This document shows positions 40,008-61,509 of a stretch of 64,000 nucleotides of DNA, one piece after another. The notes under the pieces were generated by a model. It was not told the DNA's origin. It saw only the letters and a list, made by a program, of their open reading frames with translations, and searched no databases. This stretch comes from Piromyces finnis finn (lineage: Eukaryota > Fungi > Neocallimastigomycota), in assembly GCA_002104945.1 (NCBI GenBank), contig MCFH01000035.1:62001-126000 (forward strand). The letters are read 5' to 3'. Numbering within the stretch: the first letter of the stretch is position 1; every line of letters starts with the position of its first letter. A program made the translations under genes and the position numbers.

Positions 40008-42481
40008 ATGGACAATAGTCAAAAAAATTCAGTCAAAAGAATACATCAAATATTAAATCATTTAACTGACGCGAATACAGAATGTATATTTTAAATAAAA
40101 TAAATTAAAATATTAATAATATAATATTATAACTTTTTAAATCACCTTAAAAAAATCTTCATTTAAAAATAATGATAATAATTTAACACAACCCCTTTTA
40201 TTATTTTATGCTGAATAATCTTTTAAAACTATCAAAACATAGCATCAACTTTTGATAATGTTTATTTTGCCCCAAAAGATGCAATTTTTTCATTATCCTA
40301 TGACTATGAAATGGATCCAGCGTCACAAAAAATTGATATAAGTGTTGGAGCCTATCGAGATGAAAATGTATATCATATCTTAATTATGTAATATAATACA
40401 AAAAATAATTTCTAATGATTATTATTAATATATATATATATATTTTATGTGATATTTAAATTTTGAACTATGAATTATCATGATTATGATAACATGATAT
40501 TTTAAAATAAACATCTATTAAATAAAATGAATACAAAAATCACTTTATTCACTATTATGAAAAGGGAAAACCATGGGTATTACCAGTAGTAAGAAAGGTA
40601 TTTCATTCCTACACAATTGCTATTATCAAAAAAATTATATATATATATAAGATTTATATTCAATATATAATAAATAATTTTTAAAAGTGAGACATATTGT
40701 TAATATATATATTTGTTATAATAATACAAAAGGCAACGAAAATGGTAATTTCAGATCCAAATTATAATCATGAATATTTGTCAATGATAGGTGATCGAGA
40801 ATTTACAACATCAGCATTAAAATTGATTTTAGGACCTGATAATCAATCAATATTGGAAAATAGAGTAAAAAAAAAAAAATAAAATAAAAATACATTTTTA
40901 ATGATAATAACATAGAATCAATATTCACATGTTTTGATATAATAATTAATAATTATTTAATAATAAAACAACAATATAGGCAAGTGGAATTCAAACAATT
41001 TCTGGAACAGGTGCTCTACGATTATGCTGTGAATTCTTAAAGAAATTTACCACTAATAAAATTTACATTTCAGATCCAACATGGTGTAATTGCTCATTAT
41101 TTAATATATCATTAATATTATTATAATTTATTATAAAAGAAGAGACTATTATAAAACTATATTTGTATTATTTATGATATATTTATATTATTATTCTCAT
41201 TATAATTCACATTATTATTAATTAGCAAACCATATTAGGATTATTGAAGAAGCTGGTTTAGAATATGATTATTATTACTATTGGGATAAAAATGAAAAAA
41301 AAATCAATATTGATAAATGGATAGAAACAATTAAAGTATATATATATATATGTATTAATAATGAAGTAATAAATTTTAGTACAATTATTCTTAGAAATTT
41401 TATTTTTATATATTTATTTCTTAATCATTTAAAGAATGCACCTGACCATTCTGTATTTTTAATGCATGCATGCGCACATAATCCAACTGGAATGGATCCA
41501 ACTTCTGAACAATGGATAAGGATTCGAGATGCAATGATAGTAAATTTACTATTTAATATAATAAAAAAATTAAATATTTTTGCAAATAGTATTTATTATT
41601 ATAATACTTTTTCATATAAGTAAAATCAACTTCTATGTCAATAATATGCTTTTTTGCTAGGTTAAACAACATATACCATTATTTGATTGTGCGTATCAAG
41701 GATTTGCTAGTGGTGACCTTAATAGAGATGCTTTTGCTGTTCGACTTTTTGCAAATTCAAAATTCGAAATGTTTGTTGCTCAATCATTTTCAAAGAATTT
41801 AGGATTGTATAGTGAACGCTGTGGGTGTCTTTCTATGATATGTAACACAACTAGTGCTATGGAACGCTGTCGATCACAGTTAGCTTACATTGCTAGAGCT
41901 CACATATCTAATCCTCCTGCATTTGGTGCAAAAATAGCAACTCTAATTATAAATACACCTGAATTATATTATGAATGGTAAAAGAATGAAAATAATTTTC
42001 ACAAAATTTATATATCTTCAAAATTTATAATAAGAAAAAAAATAAATATGTATATCATATTAAATTTTTTATATATTTATATTATTGAATAATAGGGAAG
42101 AAAATCTTGCTGTAATGTCAGGAAGAATAAAACAAATGCGTAAAAGATTTTATAATATTTTACTAGATCTTAATACCCCAGGTAACTGGAAACATATCAT
42201 TGAACAAATCGGGCCATTTTGTTACACGGGTTTAACAAGTAAATTATTTAAAATAGAGCAGATTTAAAAATTTACAACAAATCATTTATTATTTAAATTT
42301 CTATTAATTAATTTTTTTTTTCTTTAATATCAATTTAATAGAAAAACAATCCATTACTTTAAGAGAAAAATTCCATATATATTTAACAGATTCTGGTAGA
42401 ATATCCGTTACCGGTTTAAATGATAGTAATATTCGATATTTCGTAGAATCATTCGATTGGGTAGTTAGACACATCAATTAG
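40008..42481 (+). CDS. AAT2: Aspartate aminotransferase (cytosolic/peroxisomal type), multi-exon, N-terminal PTS2
   Basis: [54 protein letters not shown]-lysine motif [21 protein letters not shown]. Exon 1 (40008-40083) joins exon 2 (from 40243) in frame. Confidence 0.93.
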
Positions 42482-42841
42482 GAAAATATAAAAAAAAATA
42501 AATCATAATTCATATTTAAATTTTTTTGAGTATTTTCAAAATTTTATAAAATAAAAAATACTTATATAAATAATAATGTATTAAATGGAATTTTTATTAT
42601 TTTATATCGTTTAGTTTTATTGTATCTTATATATATTAATAAAAATTGAAAGACTACATCTTTTCATTATAATTTATCTTTATTGAGTATTTTAATTATA
42701 TATATATATATATCAAAGAGTAAATATTAACGAAAATATTTATTACAATTAAAACATTTTATATTTAAAAATCACTTTTTTATAAATAACAATTATTCAA
42801 TTATTATTTATATTTATATATATTTATAAATAATTGTTGTC

Positions 42842-43017
<176 letters not shown>

Positions 43018-43349
43018 TTATAAGTTTTATTAAATATGTACACTATTTTATATCTACATTTAAAAATTGATAATATTAAACATTTCATCTATAACAACAA
43101 AGGTTTTTTTCAAATTTTATGTTATTTAAAATTTTGTAAAAAAAACTTTAATTAAAATTTTTAATATAAATTTTATTATTATTTTAATAAAAAATAAGTA
43201 AAAATTTTATACATTATTAAAACTATTAAAATAAAATGACAATTTCTAAATGAAAATATAAAAAATAAATATATATATATAAAAGAAACAACAGTGAAAG
43301 GAATTTTTTAAGATATATTTAATAAGGAATTAAAGGAAAATAAAAAAAA

Positions 43350-46262
43350 ATGTCTCTATCTACCGAAAAGGAAGCAACAAAAATAATGGTTGCTGCAAGA
43401 CAATCAGCATTAAAAAGAATTTCAGAAATGTAATTATTAAAATTCATTAAATATTTACAATAATTGTGGTCTTTTATAATATAATAAGCCGGAATATAGA
43501 ATAACGAAGCTAATATATATAAATAAATAATTTATAATTTTTTAATAACTTATGGACTTAATAATATAAATTTTACTCAGCATGTTATTATATAATTTCC
43601 TAATTAATAACAAAATATAAAATATGTTATCTTCAACTATCTTCTTAATAATGCATTGAAGTTATATTGCTTCAATAATTCACTTTTTTATTGTATATAA
43701 AAAATAAAGAAAGAAAATAAAAAAAAAAAAAAAAATAGAAAAAAAATTAGAATCACATGAAATTAAATTTCAAAAATGTTTTATTTATTTAATATTATGA
43801 ATAATAATAAAAATAATATCTTTTTATATATTTTTTATTTATAATTTCTATATCTAATAATTTAAATATTAATACTCAATTATTAGTTTAAAACATCCAG
43901 ATGACCTTAATACCAAATTAGCAAGAACTCGACAAAAAATATATTTTGAAAAAGCATCTATTGATGCTCAAATGAAATCATTAGTACAGTCACAGTTGGA
44001 TGATTCACAACGTGGCTTGGAAATTCTTGATGAATCTAAGAAAGAAACAGCTATCATAAAAAAAAATTTAGAATCAATTGATTCTCTATGCCTTGATAGT
44101 CAAGGAATGATAAATAACTTTCCAGAAATAAAAAAAGTAATATAAAACTTATTTAAATATAAAAATAATGATAATAACCATTTTAAAAATAAATATATAT
44201 TAATAATTAAATAAAATTTTTTGTTGTTGTTTATTCAATATATTTAATAATAAATATATTAATAATATTATATATATATTATTTCATAATGAAATCATTG
44301 AAATATTCTTTCAATACTTAATTAAATATTAAAAAAAAAAAAAAAAAGTTATCAAAAGCAAGAACCAATTTTGTACATACAAAAGAAATGGTAGAAAGTT
44401 TCCTACATCTAGATGAAAAATTAAGTGTAATAGATCAACTTCTTACACAAGAAATAGAGAAAGAAAAATATGCCACAGAAATGCTTTTAGTTATTCATTT
44501 TAAAATTTCAGAATTAAAATTATTTCAAGAAAGAATTATGTATAAAGCTCAAACTTTATCATCAGATGAACGCTTAACTCTTGTAAATTATTTTTCAACA
44601 CTTAATCATCAAATAGAAAGTTTTGAAAAATACTTTTGGTCACTTGTCGAAAATATTTATGATGTATTAATAAACACAAATGTTAAATCAATCATTTATA
44701 TTTTAAAAATTATAGAGGCAGAAGAGCAATTTGATGATCGTCTTAAACATAATGATAAAACAAAAATGCTTCATAAAGCCAGCGGATATAGAGAAAAATT
44801 TTTCAATATTGTAAGTAAAGCAATTGATAAACGTTTTATGGAGCAGTTTCAATTCAAAGGTGAAGAAGGTGAAGAGGCATCGGTAGAAATTTTAGAACGT
44901 ACTGGTTTTATTATTGATGATTTAACCATGGTTCATGATGAATTCATTCCTAAATTCCCAAAAAAATATGCTATTTTTAATTATTTTATGTTAGAATACC
45001 ATCGTCATATGAAATCTGTCATGGATAGAATTATTGCGGATGTTTCAGATACCGGAGCCATTTTAATGATTCTTCGTTGGGTCCAAGAATATTATACCGA
45101 TATGAGTACACGTTTAGGAGTTGCTGAAGATTCATTGGAACCACAGCTTCTTGATGGTAAAGAAGATAAATTAATTAATGATTATCTTTCTTTGAATCAT
45201 CAAAAATCTGTAGAATGGATTACCAATATTATGAGTTCCGGTATTAAGCGTTTCAGTGAAAGAGAAGAACCACCAGAAGTTAATCCAAATGGTAATTATA
45301 ATCTCTCACTATCTGTGATCCTCTTCCAAATTATTAATCAACAAATTAATTTGGCAAAGTCTTCTAACCGTAGTGAATTGGCCTTTGATGTAGTTATGGA
45401 ATGTAAAAAAACCATTCGAATTTTCCAAAATGGATGGAAAGATACGGTTAATAAAGAATACCAATTTTATGTTAATTCTCCAGAAACCAGTCCTAAGGGT
45501 CTTCCAGAATATTTAATTGCCTTAGCAAATGATTGTTTATGGTGTTCAGAATATACTGAGGAAATTATCAAGGAAGTAAAGCATATCTTTAATGAAGAAG
45601 AAAATGAAAAAATTAGTAAAGAATTAGGTGAGGTACAAAAAGAATTTATGAATGTCTCCAAACGATGTATCTATATTTTAATTGAAATTATGATGATGGA
45701 TGTAAAGTCAACCTTCTCACAATTATACAGTCAGGGATGGTACGAAGAATCACAAATGAATGTAATTATTTGTACCTTACTTGATTATTGTGGTGATTTC
45801 CAAGAATATTTCCAAGAATATCTCTTTACTAAATTCATTACTGACTTAAATGAGCGTTTCGTTATTGCTTACTTGGAAGCATTTTCAAATCGTAATGCAA
45901 AATTAAAAATGCCAAGTTGTACTACAATTATTGAATCTGATATAAAGCAAGCAGAAGAATTCTTTAGTAATTATCGTTCATCGAAACGTGTTACTGAATC
46001 TTTCAAACCTATCCATTTATTTGTAGCCATGATTACTAGTAGTCCAACAATGATATTTTTGGATTATTATTCACTCTATAAAGAATATTCAGATGTTCCA
46101 TTGAATTTCATAGATAATGTTTTACATAAAAGAGATGATCTTCAAAATGTTCAAATTAAAGATATTATGGAACAGTGTAATCAAAAAGCAAAAGAAGAAA
46201 AAGAAAAAATGACAGATGCTACTAAAGAAATATCTTCTGTTTTCTCTAGATTGTCTATATAA
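43350..46262 (+). CDS. SEC6: Exocyst complex component Sec6/EXOC3, 3 exons
   Basis: N-terminal LKHPDDLNTKL..EKASIDAQMKSLVQSQLD, IEAEEQFD, IFNYFMLEYH, ILMILRWVQEY, YLIALAND, ICTLLDYCGDF. Helical 624-aa final exon. Confidence 0.9.
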
Positions 46263-47753
46263 ATTTAAACCAAAATATTAAAAAGTATATATATTTCATG
46301 TAACAAAAAACAAAAATTTTTTTTAAAAAAAAAAAAAGTATTTATCAACAATAAAATGATAATGTCAATAATATAATTAACACAAATTAAAAAAAAAAAA
46401 AAAAATTATTATTATATTATTTATTAATTAATAGTAATTATGATTATAAAGTATTATGTTGATTATATATAATAAAATTTATATATTTTTCATAATTATT
46501 TTCTTTTTTTTTTTTTATTTTCTATTTTTTTTTTTTTTTTTTTTTTTAATCTATTATTTTTTCTTTAAATTATCCCATATTTTTATTTGGTGTAAATAAA
46601 GCAAATAAAAAATATTGAAATATTTAATTGTAAAAAAATAAAAATGATGCATTATTGAAGAAAAAAAATTTTATATTAAAAATTAAATAAAAAAGTTTTT
46701 TTTGTGGGAAGGTTAGTAAAAAGTATATATATTATGGACACTTATTAAAATAAACCATTAATATATAAATGTTGTAATATTTTTCATAACTATCGATAAT
46801 ATATATTTTTTTACCTATTTAATAAATATTATTGAAGATTTAAACTTTTGAACAAGGTAAAAGAATAAAAAAAATTATTTTCTTATTATTATCTCCCCTT
46901 TTTATGCCAATTATTAATTTTTTAACTTTCATAAATTATAAATTCATTTCATATATATAATAATATATAATAGATAAGGCTTTTTCTTTCATCGTTTATT
47001 CTCATTTTAATTATTCTCTATTGGGTTTAAATTTGATTACTATTATAAGATTGTTTTCTATATTTACTTTTTTTTTTTAACTTTCTGTTTTTTGTTTTTT
47101 TTTTTTTTTTTTTTTTTAATTGTTTAACTTTTTGTCGTAATTTGAAGAGTTTCTTTAAGTATTTGATATTTCATTTTTCAATAAAGAAAATAAATTTTAT
47201 TAATTCTTTTAAATTGAAAACTACTTTAACAATACTTTATTATTAATTATAATACTATCAAATTTTATTTTTAAGTTCTCTATTTTTATAAATTAGAATT
47301 AACGTTTTTCCTTTTAATTTAAATAAATTATATTGGTTTTATATAATTATTAAAAATTTTACAATGAATATTTTTAATTTTTGTATTAAAATTAGAATTA
47401 AATACTGAAGTTATTTTTCTATGATTATATTGTTATTTTTTAATATGGATAAACATACTTTTAAATTATTTTTGAGTTGTTGTTGTTGTTGTTATTGTTC
47501 TTTTGAAAATTTAATATTTTTTTAACTTTAATTTTTTTACCTTTATAAAAAGTTTTTGTAAGTTTTTTTTATAAAATTGTATATATATAAATAGTTATAT
47601 CAAAAATATATAATATATTTAAAAAATAAGGAAATAAAATATAAAGATTATTATAAAAAACAAATTATTAAAGATAAATATTAAATAAGACCCTATTTTT
47701 TATATATTATATTATTTTTTGTATAACAATTTTTTGCAATTTCACTGCCAATT

Positions 47754-48845
47754 TTACTTCTTTCCATTAACCTTAATCCATTGAGCACGTGCACCTAAAA
47801 TAGAACTAGTAATACCGAATAAACCAAGGTAAAGTGGATCAATTTTGTAGAAACCTAAGGATGATATTGGGTGAACGAAATCACAGAAGTGTTGAGTTAA
47901 AGTTAAGTAGTGGTTTCTCTTTTTAACAAGAAGATTCTTAAGATCATCAGCATTTCTCTTTTGGATTTCTGGATCCTTTTCATCAGATGGAGTAACATTA
48001 GTAATAGAAGCAATCTTTTCAGTAGTCTTCTTTAATTTGAAAGATTCGTTAATGATACCACAAATGATACCAATAAACCAGAATCTTTGAGCATTCTTAG
48101 TAATTTGCTTAATATTTTCTTGCTTTTTAACACCAGATTTGTGGAACCAAACCATCATATCGAAAGTGAGGTAAATAGTATAGGCAAGGTTACGACCAAG
48201 GAGACAATATTTTGATAAATCGTCCTTTGCAGTTAAAGTCTTGTAAAAAGTGTTAGCGTGTTCTAATGGCTTACCAATACGAACAACTATAGTTTAAAAA
48301 TATGACATTAATACATATTCATATAATAATTTCTTCATTATTAACTACTTTATATATACTTACATTTACGAGATAATTGAATGTTCTTAATTACATTTCT
48401 AATCCAAGCAATGGTTTCTTCCTTACCATTGTATTTGATATTGTAGGCAAGAAGGAACTTGAATGTATGTTGTAAAGTTCTATATTTTTTATTTAATATT
48501 AAAATATATTATTATTATTTTATTTTTAAATAATACTATAATATTTTTAATAAAATTATCATTACCTATTAACCTTGTCACGACCAGTAGTGGTATTGAT
48601 GTACTTGAAGAACTATTTTAAAACATTTAAAATTAAGATATTATATATTATTAATAAAAGAAATAATAAAATTCATTTTTAAAAAAAATATTTTAAAGAT
48701 CTTTATAAGAAACTTCTTTATATATCAATTTGGTAAATAATTATCATATAAAATATTTCTATTTCATCTAAATTTTAGTCTTCTTTTTTTCAATATACAT
48801 ATTTTATAAACTTACTTGATTAACTAAAATTTGAGCGTTAGACAT
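47754..48845 (-). CDS. PEX11: Peroxisomal membrane protein Pex11, 4 exons
   Basis: Spliced: FFKYINTTTGRDK..RTLQHTFKFL..LSRKLFRIGKPLEH..TFDMMVWFHKSG..AQRFWFIGI..HFCDFVHPISSLG..LGLFGITSSILGARAQW. This follows the Pex11 family pattern. Confidence 0.9.
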
Positions 48846-49224
48846 GTTTTTTATTTTTAATAAATATCTATTTGAATTGATATTAATATGATAAAATATA
48901 GTGAATAAAATAAAAAAAGAGAAAATTAGTTCATCATTTATAATAAAAAATATATATTACTGAACATAAATTTAAATATCTAATATTATAAAAATATATA
49001 TAATTAAATATGTCAATTTTACAATAATTGAAGTTTTAGGGATTAAATTATTATATAATCTAATTTTAAGATTTATTTTTGAATAATTACGTTTTTAAAA
49101 TAGTGATAGAATAAATTTGAATTTTTGCTTATTTTTCCTGTTTTTTATTTGTTTTTTTTTTTTTTATAAATAATATTAGTTACAATTTAATAATTATATT
49201 TATAATATATCTTTACTATTTAAT

Positions 49225-49416
<192 letters not shown>

Positions 49417-51679
49417 GTTTTTTTTTTTTCAAAAAATTTTTGTCGAGTCATTTTTCAATTGAAAAATTTCTATTAAAGTATAAAGGTAGAACATATTATA
49501 ATATATTACATATATAATTTATTATATTTTTTATATTATTATACATTAAATTAATATATGTATAATACATTTTAATATATTATAAAAAAAAGTGATTTTT
49601 ATTTAAAATACATGAGGAATAAATTTAAAGTACTATTTATAATTGATTCTAATATATAGTATATTATATATTAATAAGATTGATGATACATTTATTTTAT
49701 CATAGTTAATTAAAAAAATATATATACACATATATTATTATATATATAATATAATTTTTAAATAATGGTAAGAACACTTTTTAAAACTTGATCTTTAATT
49801 AAATTTTAATATTTATATATAAAGTAATATATTATAAAAATTAAATTGAAATTAATAGAAAATTCATTTACATTGATATACATTAATATACGTATTTGTA
49901 GTTGTACAAAAAATATTTTTTATTCTAGTTTCATTTATTATTTATTGAATGAAGAATAATTTAGAATTTTTAGACCTGTAACATTAAAAAAAGACGACTT
50001 TAGCAAGAATTTGTGAAATGGTGGTATAAAAATACGCATTAATTATACATTATCATTTTGATAATAGTAGGCACCCTTTATGGTAATAAACCAGCTTAGC
50101 GAATCTTTATAACTAATATTAAAAAATAAGTAATAAATTAATAAAATGATGTCATGATAAACCATTACTTTTTTTATACAATATTATTATCAAAAAAATA
50201 ATAATTAAGCTAATAAAATTTAATATTAGTAGTTAATTATATAGGTACTAATGTATAAAAGTATCGTATCATGTATCATTTAATTCCATTTCATTTAAAA
50301 AATGAATTATGTTGTAAACTAATTAATTTTACAATTAAAAGAATTATTGGCATCTATTGAATATGTAGCTTAAAATATATATATCATTTCTAAAGCTTTA
50401 TTAATTACTTTTCTTGTTTAAATGCTTTTTTATATATATATTATATTATAAAAAAAAAAACATAAAACTATGACCTTCTTAATCAATTTTTTCTATATTT
50501 CTCAATATATTTTAATATATATGAAATAAATATTTTATAATTTATTTTAAAACCTCTTATATATTAATAGTGCATTATAATATATATTCATATATTAATT
50601 TATTAAAAATGATTTGGTAAGGCTAACTCTTTCAACCTATAAATTTCAAATTAATGAAAAAATCAAAAATTGACTATTCATTTATTGGACAAATGCTTTA
50701 AATATAATTATATCATTTATATATTATTTATATTGCATAATGGATTATGAGACGATACACTCTACACTATAACCATGAAACACATCAAGAAATAATTTTG
50801 GTTGGTACATGAATCCTAAATAAGATTTTTTATCTAGAGGTAAAAAAATAATTCATATTTTTTAAACTATTATAGTTTATAAAACAATACTATGACTTTT
50901 TTTTTTAATGAACTTTTGTAATGGTGTAGCATTTAAAATATCTCTATTAATAAAGGTTTTATAAAAAAAAAAATAACTGATTTTATTGTAAATAACAAAT
51001 AATAAACTATTATAATAAAATAAAATACTTTTTTTTATTTAATTTGTGTACCATTTCATGACAAGAGAAATTTGACTAAATAATTATCCTTTTTAAATTT
51101 TTATTGTTTCCTTAAAAAGAATCAATAAACCATATTCCACTAATTTTTCATAAATGAGCAAGTCCTTAAAAAATAGTATTAAATTAATATCTTTTCCTGA
51201 ATTAATATTACTCATTAAAGAAAATCTTTAATAAACTTTTTTTTTTTTTAATTAATGAAAAAATAAAAATATATATTAATTATGACATAAAATTTTATAT
51301 TAAATTCGTCCATATAAAAATGAATTTACCTTCTTTTCTTTTGAAAAGGTTAATAATATGTAATAATATTGTATTAACAATTAAAAGTGTACTACTATTA
51401 ATATTATTGTGTTAAAAGATTAAAGAATGAAAAATTAATAATAAAAACATATAATTTTAATATATTTTAAAATTTTAAATATTAAAAGCCTTATATTTAT
51501 ATTTATATGCATAAATGAAAATTTTATTTGTATATTAGTAGTTGTTTTTTTTTTTTTTTTGTTAATAAAATAATATATTAACAATAAATGACTAAAAGAA
51601 TATATATATATATATATACAATTAAATGATAAAATAAAAGAAAGTACATAGTATTTATTTATAAAGATATAACTTAATT

Positions 51680-55621
<3,942 letters not shown>

Positions 55622-56531
55622 TTTTATTAGTAACTATTATTGTTGTTATTATTATTATGATTACTAAAAAAAAAAAAAAAAAAAAAAAGATATAAACATT
55701 CTTTTATATAAAGGAAAATATTATATATATATATATATATTTTTTTTTTTTTAATAATCTCGATAAAATTATCTTTTATTTCAAAATAATATATAAAAAT
55801 TGCACAATAATTAAAAAATAATTAATTTATGAGAAAATATAATAATAATGAAAGAATATTATTTTTTTTAATTTATAAATTAGTGTTAAAAAAATAAAAT
55901 ATATATGACACTTGTTTATAAAGATATAAATATATAATTATTATAATAAAACCTCAATTTTATGAAATTGTAATTATTTTGTCTATTATTTAGAGGATGA
56001 GATTAATATAAAGATATTTTTTTTTTATTGAAGTATTTTTTAATTTTTAAAATTTCATTATAAACTATAAAATAATGAAAATTATATAATCTAATCTTTT
56101 GGTATTATTGGAAAATTTTTAACTTTTTAAAATTTTATTTTTTAATTAATTAATATATTGTTTCAACATATTATTATTTATAATTTTAAAATTATATATC
56201 TTAATATTTAATAAATTCAAATGAAATTGAATCATATATTATAATAAAGAAAACAATGCTATTAACCAATAGAACTGAAGCATTAAGTTCTTTTTTTTTT
56301 TTTTTTTTTATTAATATTTTATAAAGATATAATAAATAAAACTTGATATTTTTTAATATTTATCTTAAAATTAAAAGAAAGGGTTTAATAAAAGTCTTTT
56401 CTTTAATAATTATAAAAAAAAAAGGAATTTAATCTGGATATTAAACATATCATAATATACCATTTTAATAGTATAAGTCTATTATTTTAAATATTTAAAT
56501 TACTTATTTTACTATAATTAATATACCCAAA

Positions 56532-59862
<3,331 letters not shown>

Positions 59863-60523
59863 AGTATTTGTATAAAAATGTGAAACTAAAATCCCGGAAT
59901 TTTTTTTTAAAAAGGACAAACTTATATAATTATATTATTGAATTAATATTTTATTTAAGAATATATATATATATATAAATGACCTAAATATATATATATT
60001 TATCTTTATAAAAATATATGTATAAATACAACAAATTTTCATTCTATCTAAAATAGAAAACATTTTTTTATCTGTTATACTATAGTTATAATAATTTAAT
60101 TTTCTGATTATTAAATAATCATTTTAAACATTTAATCTTTTTTCTTTTTAATAGTAAATTAGAGTATAAAATGAAATAAAAAATATATATATTTTTATAA
60201 GAATGAATAATATTATTAAATATTGTTTTTATTTTTTGTATTTTTATTTTTATTATCACTAAAATTATAAAAATTTACATTTTTATGTGGTGGTTGAAAT
60301 GAAATAATGGAAATTTTGATGTTCTATAAGACTGTCGAAAATGATTGAAAAACTTTATTTAATAATTCAATGATATATATTAAATATATTAAATATAAAA
60401 ATATATATTATATATTATATATGGTTTTGGTGTAACAATTTTAATAGTTAGACTATAATTTTATGAACTCCGATATTTGTATATTTATTGAAAAAAATAT
60501 ATTTTTTAAATGCTGACCAATGA

Positions 60524-60658
<135 letters not shown>

Positions 60659-61133
60659 TGAGTTCGAAAAAAAAATAATATAAATTATATATGATTTATA
60701 ATTTTTTTATTTAAAAGTATGATAAAATCCAATTTTTTTTTTTTAGTTGCCTATTATAAAGTAGAATTATGAGGTAATAAAATATTTTTTGGTAAAGCAT
60801 ATAAATTTTAATAAATGAAAAATTTATTCGCAAATTTTAAAAAGTTAAAATTATGATATTAAAAAATAAAAGTAAACATTTTTCTATAATTTATTAATTA
60901 ATGCTCAAATTTAATTATAAAATATAATTTAAATTTTATTTTTTAAAAACTGTGAATATGAGCAGTAAATCTCATTATTTTTTTTTTTTTTAAAAATTAT
61001 ATTGACAAAATTTATGTATATATGTATATATATAAAGATAAAAAGAAAGATTAATATTTTTTAAATATTATATACCACGTATACCACATTCTTTTTTTTT
61101 TTTTTTATTAAATAATTAAATAAAAATCAACCA

Positions 61134-61338
61134 TTAATTATAAATATAAAACCAATATAATATTAAATAAAGAATCAAGTTTGTTTAGAATTATACTTAT
61201 TAATAAGAAGAAATAACATAACTGTTATCAAAATCAACTATTAATTATAAATATAAAACCAATATAATATTAAATAAAGAATCAAGTTTGTTTAGAATTA
61301 TACTTATTAATAAGAAGAAATAACATAACTGTTATCAA
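61134..61338. repeat. Perfect 98-bp direct duplication (period 107 bp)
   Basis: 61134-61231 equals 61241-61338 (ttaattataaatataaaacc...actgttatcaa), separated by a 9-nt spacer. Confidence 0.93.
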
Positions 61339-61509
61339 TATTAACATTATATTAATCAATAATAAAATAATACAGTTTTTATACAACGAAATTATATAAT
61401 TAGAACATAGATTTTATATATATATGTATTTATAAAACCAACCTCTTAGAGCATAAATTTTAAGCCTTACCTAAATACCCAATATATATATTATAAAAAA
61501 ATAAAAAAA

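Noticed and set aside
49950-51200. Possible ncRNA or element remnants between PEX11 and the kleisin gene
   Set aside because: Only scattered GC-containing patches. No C/D, H/ACA or tRNA motifs or terminal repeats that I can support.
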